In this document: in pieces, positions 47,052 through 58,956 of the stretch
How positions within the stretch are numbered: the first letter of the stretch is position 1
Layout: the number at the start of each line of letters is the position of its first letter
Origin: Roseibacillus sp.
GTDB taxonomy: Bacteria > Verrucomicrobiota > Verrucomicrobiia > Verrucomicrobiales > Akkermansiaceae
Direction of reading: 5' to 3'
Length of the DNA: 64,000 nucleotides
NCBI GenBank assembly: GCA_965242925.1
Contig: CBDEUM010000030.1
Span: forward strand, 192,001-256,000
Position numbers and translations under genes: made by a program
Notes under the pieces: model-generated
Told to the model about the DNA's origin: nothing
Databases searched by the model: none
Seen by the model: the letters and a program-made list of their open reading frames with translations, nothing else

Positions 47052-50000
47052 TCACTCCGCTGAGTCCAACCGTCGGGCCGCCCGCGAAGCCGCTCCCTTG
47101 GATTCTCCTCTTTTCGTATCAGCCGCAGTGAGACGCATGCCCACCGGTTTGGACACTCCGAACTCCTCCATGGTCACCCCGTAGATCACATCCGCGCGGT
47201 TCATGGTGCGCTTGTTGTGGGTCACAATGATGAACTGGCTCTGGTCCACGAAGCGATCGAGCACCTTGAGAAAACGCCCGATATTGGATTCATCAAGAGG
47301 AGCATCCAGTTCATCCAGAACACAAAACGGGCTGGGTTTCACCATGTAGATAGAAAAGAGCAAAGCTACCGCTGTCATGGAACGCTCTCCTCCGGAGAGC
47401 AGGGTGATGGACTGCAGCTTCTTTCCCGGGGGTTTGGCGATGACTTCGATTCCGCAATCGAGTGGATCCCCTTCGTCCAGCAGGATGAGGTCGGCCCTGG
47501 CACTCGATCCGAAGAGCTCCTTGAACATCTCCCGGAAGTTGGTCTGCACCTGTTCGAAGGTCTCCGCGAAGAGAATGGTTGTCTCGGTATTAATCTTTTC
47601 GATCACATTGAGGAGCTCTTCCTTGCCGACAACGAGGTCGTCGTGCTGCCCCTTCACGAAGTTGTGCCGCTCTTCCAATTCCTCGTATTCATCGATGGAA
47701 TCGATATTGACCGGCCCCATCCGGTCCAACCTGCCCCGGAGTTCGAGCACCACAACCTCTATGAACCTCCAGTCCGGGCCGTCCTCAAGTTCGATATCCT
47801 CAAGCTCTTCCTCCACACACTCGGTGACGGAGATCGACTCTTCATCCTGTGGTTCGGACGCCTCAGTGTGATCGGACTCCTCGCCATCATCCTGTTCCCC
47901 GTTACTGTCGCCGACAGAAATCTTCCCCTCTTCCTCAACCTCCTTCGCCGCCATCGTGGCCCGACGTTTCTCGAGGGATCGCATGGCCCTTCGCTGCTCC
48001 CCCATGCAGGTAAGGAGCGTGTGGGAATCGGGCTCGAAGGTCTGCAGATCCACCTGATAGCGCTCCATCACACTTTCCAGGAGCTTCTCCAGGCGCATCT
48101 CGATCTTGGCCAGGGCAACCTCCTCCCTCCCCCGCTGCTCGCCCAATTGATCGATCTTGTGACGCAAATCGGAAAGAGCGGCCTCAGCGCCATTGATCGC
48201 CTGTTGAAGTTCGCCGCGGCGCCTTCCGGCGTCGTTCAGTTCCGCCTCCACCTTCTGCCCCTGGCGACCACGTTCCGCAATCTCCTCCCGCAACCCCTCA
48301 TCCTCGTGCTCCGCTGATCCGATCCGCTTTTCGAATTCCTCGATCTCGGATAAACGACGGCTGTTGATCTCGCGCAATTCTCCAATCCGCGTCTGGATGG
48401 GCACCTGTTGTTGCTCGGCCGCCTCCCTGGCCCCGCGCTCGACAGCCAGAGCGGTCTGCAGTTTCCCCTGCTCGTCGCGCTCCTCAGCTTCGCGACGGCT
48501 CAGTTCCTCAAGCTGCATGCTCAAGCGGTTGATTTCGCTTTCCACGGTCTCCAACCGTCCCCGCGCCTCGCTCAAGTCCCTCTCCAGGGCAACTCGTGCC
48601 GCATTGGCACTCTCCTCGCGCGTCTGAATCTCCTCCTGCTCGCGCGTCACGTTGGCCAACTTACTCTCGAAGGAACTCACCTCCTGCCCGGCCAGCGAAG
48701 CACGACCGTGCAGGGTGGAAAGCTCCACCTGCTGACGCTGCAACCGGTCCTTGGCCTGCTCTGCCGAGGCCTGTAATTCGTCAGCTCGATGCTCCTGTGA
48801 AAGCACCTTGTCGCTCTCCTCGTGAAGGACAACCCCGAGATGCTTCACCTCTTCCTCCAACTCGGCGACCTCCTTGTGCCGCTCCAGCATGGATTTGCCG
48901 GCTTCTCCGGAAGCCCGGCCGCCTCGGAAAATTCCCTCCGGGTGCAGGATCTCACCCGCCAGGGTCACACACGACCAGACAGGATTCTGCGAGCGCAGTG
49001 CATGAGCTGCCGCGCGGTCTCGCACCACCAGAACATTTTCCAGCAACTTTGCCACGATGGAGCCCACTTCCTGGTCCGACTCCACACAGTCGGCGACCCA
49101 GCACTCCGCCCCTTCCGGCACAGTCATCAACTGTCGCTCATGTTCCGGATTCACCCAGTCCGGTGCGATGATGGAAACTTCTCCCTGTCCGCTCTGCGCC
49201 AGACTGTCGAGAATAGCATCGGCCAACTCCGCGTCGCGCACCAGGATCGCCTCCAGATTCGATCCCAAGGCGCCTTCCACTGCTCGCTCGAAACCGCTCC
49301 GCACCTCCAATTTGCTTCCCAGCACCCCCCGTAAGCCAGGTTTGATCAGGTGGGGATCGTCCAGTCCGGCCAGCACGCTCTGGGTCCCTTCCTTGAGACC
49401 TTCCCCCCGCGCCAGCAGTTGCTGCAACAACTCCAACCGGGAACGCCGTGCGGTCAGGTCCCGGTCCAGTTCAAAGCGCCGCTCTCGACAGGACTCCAGG
49501 TCCCCACGGGCGTGTTGAAAGGAACGTTCGGTCGCCAGTTTCTGTTCTTCGATCTGCCTGGCCCGCTCTTCTTCCTCCGTTATCTTGCCCTTCAGTTCTC
49601 CCTCGGTGGTCTGCAGTTCCACAATCTCCACCTGCAGCACTTCCTCCTCCTCCTTGAGACGACGGAGTCGGTCGCGACTCGCGGTAGACGAGACGTCCGC
49701 ACTCTCAATGCGGGCTTCCGCTGAAGCGACCGCGGTCTCCAGGCGCTTCGCCTCCTCCCGTGCCTCGTAGAGCCGACTGGCACTCGACTCTCGCTGGCAA
49801 ACCAGTTCATCAACCAGGATGGTCTTCTGCGAGAGAGCCTTGTCCCGCTCCTCGATACACTTGAGCAACGCATCAAGTTCCTCCCTGGACACACTGAAAT
49901 CAAGTTCCTGTTGTGCAAGTTTCTCCTCGGCCACCTCCAGATCGTCGCGGTTGGTCTGGATTCGCTCGCCCAATTCCCTGCAACGTTCCTCGTTGAAAAG

Positions 50001-50912
50001 AATCCGACTCTCGGCTGTGTGAGACGCATTGTGGTGACTGGAGAGACGCTGCCGCAGTTCCGAGAGTTCACTCTCCAAATTGGTGGCCTTGTCCCGTGCC
50101 CCCACCACTTCCATCTCGACTTCGGGCAGGCTTGCCTCAAATGACCCGCGCTGCTGTTCGATCGACTTCAGGGAATTCACCAGTTCCTCCCGCTCAGCCG
50201 CCTGTTCGCTGAAGCCCTTGTGGCAGAGATGGGTATCGAGAATCTTGACGTCGTTGGCGAGGGCCTGGTAACGCCGCGCCTTGGCAACCTGGCGCTTGAG
50301 GGAATTGATACGTCGCCCCTGCTCCACCAGCACATCGTTGACCCGCAGGAGATTCGCTTCGGTATACTCCAGTTTGCGCAGGGCCTCCTTTTTCTCCTTC
50401 TTGAACTTCGTGATCCCGGCGGCTTCCTCAAAGACCTGGCGCCGATCCTCCGGTTTGGCGCTCAGGAGAAGATCGATCTTGCCCTGCTCCATGATGGAGT
50501 AGGCCGCTCGTCCAATCCCTGTGTCCATGAAGAGCTCGTGGATGTCACGAAGACGACACAGCGTCTCATTGATGCGGTACTCGGATTTGCCGTCCCGGAA
50601 CACCCTGCGCGTAATGGCCACCTCGTTAAAATCCGTCTTGAGAGTCTCCTCACAGTCGGTGAGATTGAGGGTCACCTCCGCCATGGGCAGCGCCTTGCGT
50701 TTATCCGTGCCATTGAAGATGACATCCGCCATCTCTCCGCCCCGCAGGGCCTTTGCCGAGGTTTCCCCCAGCACCCACCGCACCGCGTCCACCACATTGG
50801 ATTTTCCGCATCCGTTGGGACCCACGATCCCTGTGATCCCCTCATGAAATTCGAAGGTGGTACGTTCAGGAAATGACTTGAAACCTTGGAGGACGAGGGA
50901 TTTGAGATGCAT
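47052..50912 (-). CDS. smc: Chromosome segregation protein SMC
   Basis: GFKSF, GPNGCGKSN, hinge, LSGGE, LDELDAPLD. Confidence 0.97.
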   Translation of the reverse strand: MHLKSLVLQGFKSFPERTTFEFHEGITGIVGPNGCGKSNVVDAVRWVLGETSAKALRGGEMADVIFNGTDKRKALPMAEVTLNLTDCEETLKTDFNEVAITRRVFRDGKSEYRINETLCRLRDIHELFMDTGIGRAAYSIMEQGKIDLLLSAKPEDRRQVFEEAAGITKFKKEKKEALRKLEYTEANLLRVNDVLVEQGRRINSLKRQVAKARRYQALANDVKILDTHLCHKGFSEQAAEREELVNSLKSIEQQRGSFEASLPEVEMEVVGARDKATNLESELSELRQRLSSHHNASHTAESRILFNEERCRELGERIQTNRDDLEVAEEKLAQQELDFSVSREELDALLKCIEERDKALSQKTILVDELVCQRESSASRLYEAREEAKRLETAVASAEARIESADVSSTASRDRLRRLKEEEEVLQVEIVELQTTEGELKGKITEEEERARQIEEQKLATERSFQHARGDLESCRERRFELDRDLTARRSRLELLQQLLARGEGLKEGTQSVLAGLDDPHLIKPGLRGVLGSKLEVRSGFERAVEGALGSNLEAILVRDAELADAILDSLAQSGQGEVSIIAPDWVNPEHERQLMTVPEGAECWVADCVESDQEVGSIVAKLLENVLVVRDRAAAHALRSQNPVWSCVTLAGEILHPEGIFRGGRASGEAGKSMLERHKEVAELEEEVKHLGVVLHEESDKVLSQEHRADELQASAEQAKDRLQRQQVELSTLHGRASLAGQEVSSFESKLANVTREQEEIQTREESANAARVALERDLSEARGRLETVESEINRLSMQLEELSRREAEERDEQGKLQTALAVERGAREAAEQQQVPIQTRIGELREINSRRLSEIEEFEKRIGSAEHEDEGLREEIAERGRQGQKVEAELNDAGRRRGELQQAINGAEAALSDLRHKIDQLGEQRGREEVALAKIEMRLEKLLESVMERYQVDLQTFEPDSHTLLTCMGEQRRAMRSLEKRRATMAAKEVEEEGKISVGDSNGEQDDGEESDHTEASEPQDEESISVTECVEEELEDIELEDGPDWRFIEVVVLELRGRLDRMGPVNIDSIDEYEELEERHNFVKGQHDDLVVGKEELLNVIEKINTETTILFAETFEQVQTNFREMFKELFGSSARADLILLDEGDPLDCGIEVIAKPPGKKLQSITLLSGGERSMTAVALLFSIYMVKPSPFCVLDELDAPLDESNIGRFLKVLDRFVDQSQFIIVTHNKRTMNRADVIYGVTMEEFGVSKPVGMRLTAADTKRGESKGAASRAARRLDSAE

Positions 50913-50987
50913 TCGGACGGTGAATACTGAGGGCGTGCGAGAACGCTAGGGAGCCTCTCTGAAGTGAGCAAGCACAGAAGGGCATTT

Positions 50988-51034
50988 TGACAAGATATTG
51001 GGGTGATCTCCCAAAACCATACAATATATTCTGC
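50988..51034. promoter_or_regulatory. Tandem NrdR-box-like operators upstream of smc
   Basis: TGACAAGATATTGGGG and ATACAATATATTCTGC, 31 bp apart, versus consensus acaCwAtATaTwGtgt. Confidence 0.55.
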
Positions 51035-51268
51035 TCAGGATGAACGGGTTTTGGAAACCTGAATAATTACAGAGCTCGTTCCTGCCTGGTTTTTCGCTCG
51101 CGATATTGCCGTCCTGATACCATTGACCTTTCCATTCCTTTCCGGGAATAGAAGCCTTTGCACCGAGAAACTGCTGACCGGTCAATGCCCTTTCCCCCCA
51201 AGGATCACAGATCCCACGCGTCCCCTGCAGTTGACCTTCCCTCCCGCCCCCTCTAGAAGGCGCTCCCC

Positions 51269-52051
51269 ATGTCCGAATTCCTTACCGAACTCTTCTCCCT
51301 CGACGGCAAAGTCGCTGTTGTGATCGGCGGCACCGGCGAACTCTGCGGCGCGATGGGAGAAGGGCTGGCGCAAGCGGGCGCCGAGGTGGTATTGGTCGGC
51401 CGAAGCGAGAAAAAGGCTGCCTCCCGCATGGGTTCTATCGCTGAAAAGGGCGGAAAATCCCGCTTTATCGCCGCCGATGTGGGCACCCGGGCCGCTCTCG
51501 ATACCCTGTGCAACGAAGTAGTCGCCCAATGCGGTCGGGCCGACATCCTCGTCAACGGAGCGGGGGTGAACTCCCCCACCCCCATACTCGACATCACGGA
51601 GGACGAATTCGCACACATCCTCGATGTCAACTTGGCGGGTGTTCTCCGTGGTTGTCAGAGCTTTGGAACCTATTTTCTCGATAACAACGTGCCAGGATCA
51701 ATCATCAACCTGGGGTCCATTTCCGGCCTCAATCCCCTTTCCAGGGTCTTTACCTATTCGGCCTCCAAGGGGGCGGTGCACAACCTCAGTCGCAATCTGG
51801 CCCGTGAATGGGCGCCACACGGAATCCGGGTCAACACCCTGGTTCCTGGCTTCTTTCCGGCCGAACAAAACCGCAAGGTCCTCACCCCCGAGCGCGTGAC
51901 ACAGATCATAGGCCACACCCCGATGGACCGCTTCGGCGAGGCCCATGAACTGATCGGAACCACCCTCCTGCTCGCCTCCAACAACGCAGGCGGTTTCATC
52001 ACCGGCACGGAGATGATCGTCGATGGCGGGTTCAATGCTATGAGCATCTAG
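51269..52051 (+). CDS. SDR family oxidoreductase
   Basis: [29 protein letters not shown]. Confidence 0.9.
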   Translation: MSEFLTELFSLDGKVAVVIGGTGELCGAMGEGLAQAGAEVVLVGRSEKKAASRMGSIAEKGGKSRFIAADVGTRAALDTLCNEVVAQCGRADILVNGAGVNSPTPILDITEDEFAHILDVNLAGVLRGCQSFGTYFLDNNVPGSIINLGSISGLNPLSRVFTYSASKGAVHNLSRNLAREWAPHGIRVNTLVPGFFPAEQNRKVLTPERVTQIIGHTPMDRFGEAHELIGTTLLLASNNAGGFITGTEMIVDGGFNAMSI

Positions 52052-52322
52052 GGGCTCCCCACAGGCAGCAATCGCCTCCCGGATTCGAATAAAGCATATC
52101 TCAATCTCTAATATTCAAGTATCAGGCATCAGCATCGAATCCTTTCCGGGTGGCCAAGTGTGGAGTCTGGGAGTCCCGATTTTCTGGTTTCTCCACCCCC
52201 AGCGCCAGTCAATGGCCCCTTGCAAATACGGATTCTGACCGCACAGTGCCTTGCCCTTGGCGGCCCCTCCGTGTATGGAACCGGCCGCTTTTCACAGCAT
52301 TTTCAATGGCTCCCCTCCCCTC

Positions 52323-55300
52323 ATGATCAAGTGGATCCTCCAGAAGATCGTCGGATCGAAACATCAGCGCGAAGTAAAGCGCATGTGGCCGATAGCGGCC
52401 AAAATCAACAAGATCGAAGAGACCCTTCAAAAAGAGTCTCTCGACACCATTCAGGAAAAGGTCGCGGTCTGGCAGAAACACCTCCACCGCTATCTCCCCC
52501 TGGAGACTGCCACCAAGCGTGAGATCGAACAGATGGACGCCGGCCAGCTCACCGAGATGGCTGCGCGAATTGGGCAACACCTCGGCTCTCTGCGTGAGGA
52601 ATTTCCAGATCTTCCTGACCGGGTGGGCGCGGATCCAGAATCAATCGAGAACGCCAAAGAGGCCTTCCGCGAAATTGAGGACCGCTTTCCCGTTCTGCGC
52701 AGGAAGTATCTCGACTCGATTCTCCCCGAGGCGTTTGCGGTGGTGAAAAACGCCTCCCGGCGCCTCGTCGGGGAAACCATTGAGGTCTGCGATCAACCCA
52801 TGGAGTGGGACATGGTGCACTTCGACGTGCAGCTAATCGGCGGAATCGCCCTCCACCGCAAGATGATCGCGGAGATGCGGACCGGAGAAGGCAAGACCCT
52901 GGTGGCAACCCTTCCCGTCTTTCTGAATGCCCTGACCGGACTCGGCGTGCACGTGGTAACCGTCAACGATTACCTGGCCCGACGCGATTCCGAATGGATG
53001 GGGACGATCTTCAAGTTTCTCGATCTCACCGTGGGATGCATTCAGAACCAGCAAGCCCCGCCCATCCGCCGCGAGCAGTACGGCTGCGATATCACCTACG
53101 GCACCAATTCCGAGTTCGGCTTCGACTACCTGCGAGACAACGGGATGGCCTCCTCGCAGGACGAGCAGGTGCAGCGTCCGCACTACTTCGCCATCATTGA
53201 CGAAGTCGACTCCATCCTCATCGACGAAGCGCGCACCCCTCTCATCATTTCGGGTCCGTCCGTCATGAGCTCCTCCACTGAACAGTATGTCCGCCATAAG
53301 CCGCTGGTGGAACAGCTTGTCAAACGCCAGAATGCGCTCTGCAACGAATTGGCGGCCCAGGCCAAGAAGCACCTCGAGAACGAAGAAGAGGAAGAAGCAG
53401 GGCGCTGTCTCTTCAAGATCAGGCAGGGCCAGCCCCGCAACCGCCAACTCATGCGCCTGATGGAAGATCCTGATCTGCGCCGGCTGGTGCAGAAGAGTGA
53501 GCTCTCCATGTATCAGGATGCGCAGAAAAAGGAACTCTTCGCGGTGAAGGAGGAACTCTACTTTACCATCGACGAGAAGGGCCACGACGCCGACCTGATG
53601 GAAATGGGAAGGGAATATCTCTCCCCCGATGAGCCTGAGGCCTTCATCCTTCCCGATCTGGCCGAGGCCTTTGCCGAAATCGACGCCAATCCCGATCTCG
53701 ATGAGGAAGCCGCTCAGAAGGAAAAGAAGACAGTCGAGGAGAATCTCGATCGCCGGGGCGAAAAAATGCACTCCATCTCGCAGCTCCTGAAGGCCTACTG
53801 CCTCTTTGAGAAGGATGTCGAGTATGTCGTGCAGGACAACAAGGTCATTATCGTCGACGAAAACACCGGTCGAGAGATGCCTGGCCGCCGCTGGTCCGAC
53901 GGACTTCACCAGGCGGTGGAAGCAAAGGAAGGCGTCGAAATCGAGCGTGAAACGCAGACCTACGCCACCATCACGATCCAGAACTACTTTCCGTCTCTAC
54001 GAGAAACTGGCCGGCATGACCGGAACAGCTGAAACGGAGGCCGCCGAGTTTTCCGACATCTACCGTCTCGACGTTCTTCCCATTCCCCCCAATGAGCCGA
54101 ATCAGCGTGACGACCTCAACGATCAGGTCTTCAAGACGCGGCGGGAAAAATACAATGCCGTGGTCAACGCCATCCAGTCAAGCCACCAGGCAGGACAACC
54201 CGTTCTGGTGGGAACCGCCTCCGTGGATGCTTCCGAGACCCTTTCGCGCATGCTCAAGCGTGCCAAGATTCCACACTCGGTACTCAACGCCAAATATCAC
54301 CGGCAAGAGGCCGAGATCGTAATCCGGGCAGGACAGAAGGGATCCGTAACGGTCTCCACCAACATGGCGGGCCGTGGAACCGACATCAAACTGGCGGATG
54401 GTGTTCCCGATCTCGGAGGTCTCATGGTGGTAGGTACCGAGCGCCACGAATCAAGGCGTATCGACCGTCAGCTCCGCGGACGTTGTGCCCGGCAGGGCGA
54501 TCCCGGCGCCTCGCAGTTCTTCATCTCTTTCGAAGACGATCTCATGCGCAACTTTGCCGCGGCCGAGAGAATGACCAGCATGATGGAACGCTTCGGCATG
54601 GAAGACGGCGAGGCCCTCGAGCACCGTTGGCTCAATCGCTCGGTGGAAACCGCCCAGAAGCGCGTGGAACAGCTCCACTACCGACGCCGGAAGTACGTCC
54701 TGGACTTTGACGACGTCATGAACAACCAGCGCGAGGTCGTCTATGGCTACCGGAACGAGGTGCTTGCCTCGGAAGATCCCCGCGAGCTCATCTACGAGAT
54801 CGTTGACAAGGTCATCCCTTCCCACGTTGAGAGTTACCTCATCGACCGCGATGAGGGCTCGCCCGACTACAACGAACTCATCGGATGGGCCAATACCACC
54901 TTTCCCATTCACCTCGACCGCTCTCCCGAGACCTTTGACGGAAAGGACCCCGGGGAAATCAGCGAGCTCCTCATCGAAAAGGTGAAGACGGCCTACGAGC
55001 TCAAGATCCAGGTGGAGGATCCTGCCCTCCTTGACCAACTCGAACGCCACATCATCATGGTGGCCATCGACCGCCTCTGGCAGGAACACCTCTATAACAT
55101 GGATGCCCTGCGGGATGGCGTACACCTCAGGGCCCAGGGCCAGAAGGACCCTCTCGTGGAATACAAGAACGAGGCCTACAACCTGTTCGTCACCCTCATG
55201 GACAGCATTGAGGGCGAGGTGTTGAACAATCTCTTCCGGAGCACCACCAACCTCGAGAAATTCGAACAGTTCCTGCACGATCTTCCCTTTGAGATGAACG

Positions 55301-55506
55301 ACCAGGAAGGCCATACGGGCGGGATTGGTTCCGGCCATCTGGCCACCTCCGGACCGGCCGCCGAATCCGGCGGGGCTCAGGGTGACAGGGGCGGACTTAA
55401 ACTCAACATTCCAAAACGCCGTCCCAGCATAAAGGTGAGCCGCAACGAACCCTGCCCGTGCGGATCGGAAAAGAAATACAAGATGTGCTGTGGACGCCAA
55501 GCCTAG
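52323..55506 (+). CDS. secA: Preprotein translocase ATPase SecA, split by a 1-nt frameshift at ~53989
   Basis: [38 protein letters not shown]; after the shift [37 protein letters not shown]. Confidence 0.96.
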
Positions 55507-55571
55507 CATCCGGCAGGCGAGAGACGCAGGTTTGCGACCTGAAATTCCCGCTGTTGCTACAAAATCTCCGC

Positions 55572-55600
55572 TTGACGGCCTCGTCGAGCCTTCCTAGTCT
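55572..55600 (+). promoter_or_regulatory. Sigma70-like promoter of rpsU
   Basis: TTGACG-17 bp-TAGTCT upstream of the rpsU ATG. Confidence 0.5.
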
Positions 55601-55646
55601 CCGCGCCTCCAGTGAAGGGGCTGAATTTATCTATTCCTCTATTCGT

Positions 55647-55928
55647 ATGGCAAAAAGTCACGAGCGCGGCATCCAGGTAAAGAAGGGCGAGTCTGTCGAC
55701 CGGGCCCTCAAGCGGTTGAAGCAAAAGCTCGACACGGAGGGAATCATTGAGGAAATGCGTCGCCGTCGGGCCTTTGAAACGCCTACCCAACGCAAGATCC
55801 GCAAGCACCGCACCGCCATCAAACGCAACCGTGTGCGCTGGCGCTATGTCTCGGAAGCGACCGAGAGGAAAATCGCAGAACGCAAGGCTGCGGCTGCCGC
55901 ACAAGCGACCCAGGGAAACCCTTCCTGA
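55647..55928 (+). CDS. rpsU: 30S ribosomal protein S21
   Basis: VKKGESVDRALKRLK...EEMRRRRAFETPTQRK. Confidence 0.92.
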   Translation: MAKSHERGIQVKKGESVDRALKRLKQKLDTEGIIEEMRRRRAFETPTQRKIRKHRTAIKRNRVRWRYVSEATERKIAERKAAAAAQATQGNPS

Positions 55929-56085
55929 GTGAACGGCACCCTCTTCGAGGTGCATGCCGGTTAATATCCCATCGGAGGGGAAATCCCTTTTCTCCCGGAT
56001 CGGGTGGCCGACCACAGCAGCACTACAAGCCCTCTCCTCCTCAGTTCCCTCTTCCCGGACCGGAGGGCAACCCTCCAAGGCCGTC

Positions 56086-57336
56086 CTACCCCTCGAAGGC
56101 CTTGACGATCAGGGTGGCGTTGTGTCCTCCGAAACCGAAGCCATTGCTCGCCGCCACCTTGATCTTCGCCTCGCGGGCCTCATTCGGCACGTAGTCCAGA
56201 TCGCATTCGGGATCCTGGTTCTCCAGGTTGATTGTGGGAGGAATGACACCATCCCTAATCGCCATAATGCAGGCCGCAAGCTCAATGGCACCGGCTGCCC
56301 CGAGAAGGTGTCCGGTCATTGACTTGGTGGAACTCACTGCCAGCCCACTGGTGGCGTAATCCCCGCAAGCCACCTTGATGGCCAGGGTCTCCGCGATGTC
56401 TCCAAGGGGGGTGGAAGTGCCGTGCGCATTCAGGTAGTCGACTTCCTCAGGATTCACCTCGGCATGCTTCATCGCCATTTTCATTGCGCGGGCGGGACCG
56501 GTTCCATCTGGTGAAGGCGCACTCAGGTGATGGGCGTCGGCACTCACACCGTAGCCCGCAAGTTCTGCGTATATCCGCGCACCACGTTTCAGAGCGTGTT
56601 CCAACTCCTCCAGCACGACCACCCCGGCACCTTCCCCCATCACGAATCCGTCTCGGTCAGAATCAAACGGGCGCGAGGCGCGCTCCGGTTCGTCGTTACG
56701 ACAGCTCAGGGCCCGCATGTTGCTGAACCCGGCCAGTCCCATATCCCGGATCGAGGCCTCCGCTCCGCCCGCCAGGATGGCTTCCGCATCACCAAACTTG
56801 ATAATCCTCCACGCTTCCCCCACGGAGTTGTTGGCGGTGGCACAGGCCGTGACAATGGACATGCTGGGCCCCCCGAAACCATGCTCCATTGAAATCATTC
56901 CAGTCGCGATATTCGCGATCATCATCGGAATCACGAACGGGCTTACCCGGGCCGGTCCCTTTTCCATGAGGATGGTGTGCTGATTCACCAGAGTGTGCAG
57001 ACCCCCGATCCCGCTCCCCACCATCACTCCCACCCGGGTCTTATCCACCGCCGCAGGATCCATTCCGCTATCATTCAGCGCCATTCGGGCGGCCGGAACA
57101 GCGAACTGGGTGTAGCGATCTGACCGCCGCACATCCTTCGGATTAGAATAGAAGGGCTTGGGATCGAATTCCTTCACCTCCCCGGCGATCTGACAGGGAT
57201 AATCCGAAACGTCGCATTGCTCAATCTTCCCGATACCCGAACGACCTTCCTTGAGGCCTTCCCAAGTGGTGATCAGATCGTTCCCAAGAGGACTGATCGC
57301 ACCGATGCCGGTCACTACAACTCTGCGTTCAGACAT
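56086..57336 (-). CDS. fabF: Beta-ketoacyl-ACP synthase II
   Basis: RRVVVTGIG, TACAT, NAHGTSTP, GHLLGAAG, GFGFGGHN. Confidence 0.96.
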   Translation of the reverse strand: MSERRVVVTGIGAISPLGNDLITTWEGLKEGRSGIGKIEQCDVSDYPCQIAGEVKEFDPKPFYSNPKDVRRSDRYTQFAVPAARMALNDSGMDPAAVDKTRVGVMVGSGIGGLHTLVNQHTILMEKGPARVSPFVIPMMIANIATGMISMEHGFGGPSMSIVTACATANNSVGEAWRIIKFGDAEAILAGGAEASIRDMGLAGFSNMRALSCRNDEPERASRPFDSDRDGFVMGEGAGVVVLEELEHALKRGARIYAELAGYGVSADAHHLSAPSPDGTGPARAMKMAMKHAEVNPEEVDYLNAHGTSTPLGDIAETLAIKVACGDYATSGLAVSSTKSMTGHLLGAAGAIELAACIMAIRDGVIPPTINLENQDPECDLDYVPNEAREAKIKVAASNGFGFGGHNATLIVKAFEG

Positions 57337-57400
57337 AAGATCATCATGGCCCTGACGTGCTCAAAGCTTCCCTAAACCGGCGAGCGCTGTTGCGCAAGTC

Positions 57401-57643
57401 TCATCCCAGTCGACGATCACGACTACATGGGTTGGGGCTGGCACATTCAGGGCAGGACTGGACCGCATCCTGCCCCTCCTTCCGGTAAGCCGTTCCACAG
57501 ATGCGACAGCGCATGATATTCCGGCGTACCTCCCGGAACATGCGCCGCTCGCGAAGCTCGTCCACAAGAACCCCCAATCCTGCCCCCCCCACCACCACGG
57601 AGAGAATCATCACGAAGAATTGGGTCAAATCTAATTCGATCAT
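57401..57643 (-). CDS. Small membrane protein with C-terminal zinc ribbon
   Basis: One TM helix, then CRICG...CPEC. Confidence 0.65.
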   Translation of the reverse strand: MIELDLTQFFVMILSVVVGGAGLGVLVDELRERRMFREVRRNIMRCRICGTAYRKEGQDAVQSCPECASPNPCSRDRRLG

Positions 57644-57644
57644 G

Positions 57645-58481
57645 CTAGTCCGAATGATCCTTCTCCTCCCCTCCTGGCACCGCACGCACCCTCACCCGAA
57701 CCTCTCCCCAAACCAAAGCATCCTGGCCCGGCTTCAACCGCTGCCCTCGCAACCACCGAGCAATCAAATCATCCACCTCCCGCTCCTCAGGGTCGAGCAC
57801 CTGGCAGGTTTCGATCATACCGTGCTCGTTCACACTTACCCGAAACCTGCGATCCAGACCGAGCAGTTCCCGCGGTTGCAACCGCTCCGGTTGGTCCTGC
57901 CCTTCGGCCAGCAGATTCCGCACCGGGCTCGCTGGCGGAGGATTACCCCAACGCTCCCGGAGACCCTCGTCAACCTCGGCAATGAGGTGTCCTTCCACTT
58001 CAATGGCAGCCTTCAGCCGTGCCATGTTCTGCTTCAACTGCGGAAGCCGGGGCCGGATCGGATCGAGAATCGGAGGTAAATCACTTCCCACTGGTCTCTC
58101 TGCCGACGGATGGAGCAGAGCCTCATGTCTCGTCTCAGCCAGCAGATTGGCCTCAAGCCGTTCCATCCTGACCTGCAAAGTTCCGTCCCCCGCCGGTTCC
58201 CACCGATCAAGAAAGGGCGCCTCCTGACGAGCCCATGCCAACCAGCGACGTGATGCTTCACTTCCCGGCGTAAGCACCGTTATACGGGTCGCCTCGCGGC
58301 GCCCCCGGTTCTCCTGCGAACCTTCCACTCGGACCAGTAGGGCCCCCACGATACAAAGCACTGCCGCCAGAACGATCGCCATCATGGTTCTCCGGACGGA
58401 ACCCCTGCCAATCCGCCAGCAAAACAGCAGTCCAGCCTCTTCGTCTTCCACCGTGCGGCGACACTTACTCCTCCGCTCCAT
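57645..58481 (-). CDS. Single-TM periplasmic protein with possible TonB C-terminal-like domain
   Basis: TM near the N-terminus, Pro-rich linker, FRVSVNEHGMIETCQV..DDLIARWLRGQRLKP; follows exbBD. Confidence 0.55.
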   Translation of the reverse strand: MERRSKCRRTVEDEEAGLLFCWRIGRGSVRRTMMAIVLAAVLCIVGALLVRVEGSQENRGRREATRITVLTPGSEASRRWLAWARQEAPFLDRWEPAGDGTLQVRMERLEANLLAETRHEALLHPSAERPVGSDLPPILDPIRPRLPQLKQNMARLKAAIEVEGHLIAEVDEGLRERWGNPPPASPVRNLLAEGQDQPERLQPRELLGLDRRFRVSVNEHGMIETCQVLDPEEREVDDLIARWLRGQRLKPGQDALVWGEVRVRVRAVPGGEEKDHSD

Positions 58482-58956
58482 CCTGATCCTCCCGTGCTTC
58501 CGATTCGGGCGAATCCTCTCTCAGGTTGCGAAAGCCCGTTTTCTCCATTTCAAATCTTCCACCCAGAATCACTTCGACCCCCACCTGATCCGCCACTTTT
58601 TCAAGTTCGCTCACCAGACCGAACCTCATATCCTCGTCCAATACGGCCACTAGAACCTCAATTGCCCGCTCCTCCTTGAGTCGACTCAACTCAACCGCCA
58701 GATCCTCTAGTTCGATCTGATTCCTCCCAAGATGAAAACGTGGTTGCGGCCCACCCCGACCAAAGAGACTGACACGCTTTCCCGGAGGAATGGTATCCAT
58801 CCGCGAACTGAACTTCATCCTGTTCAGAGGCATCCCGGCCTGCTCCGCCACTGCCGGGATAAGTGCAAAGAAGATCAGGAGAACCACGAGCAGGTCAAGG
58901 ACGGCCAGGAGATACAGGGCGGAGGGCCTCTCCGGGAGTGAGATTTGGGCCTTCAC
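58465..58956 (-). CDS. ExbD/TolR family protein
   Basis: LDLLVVLLIFF TM with conserved Asp; follows the ExbB-like gene. Confidence 0.8.
   Translation of the reverse strand: MKAQISLPERPSALYLLAVLDLLVVLLIFFALIPAVAEQAGMPLNRMKFSSRMDTIPPGKRVSLFGRGGPQPRFHLGRNQIELEDLAVELSRLKEERAIEVLVAVLDEDMRFGLVSELEKVADQVGVEVILGGRFEMEKTGFRNLREDSPESEAREDQDGAEE

Noticed and set aside
53980..54000. Programmed frameshift or pseudogenisation of secA
   Set aside because: One extra T in TACTTTCCGT breaks the conserved QNYFRLY of an essential gene; most likely a sequencing indel
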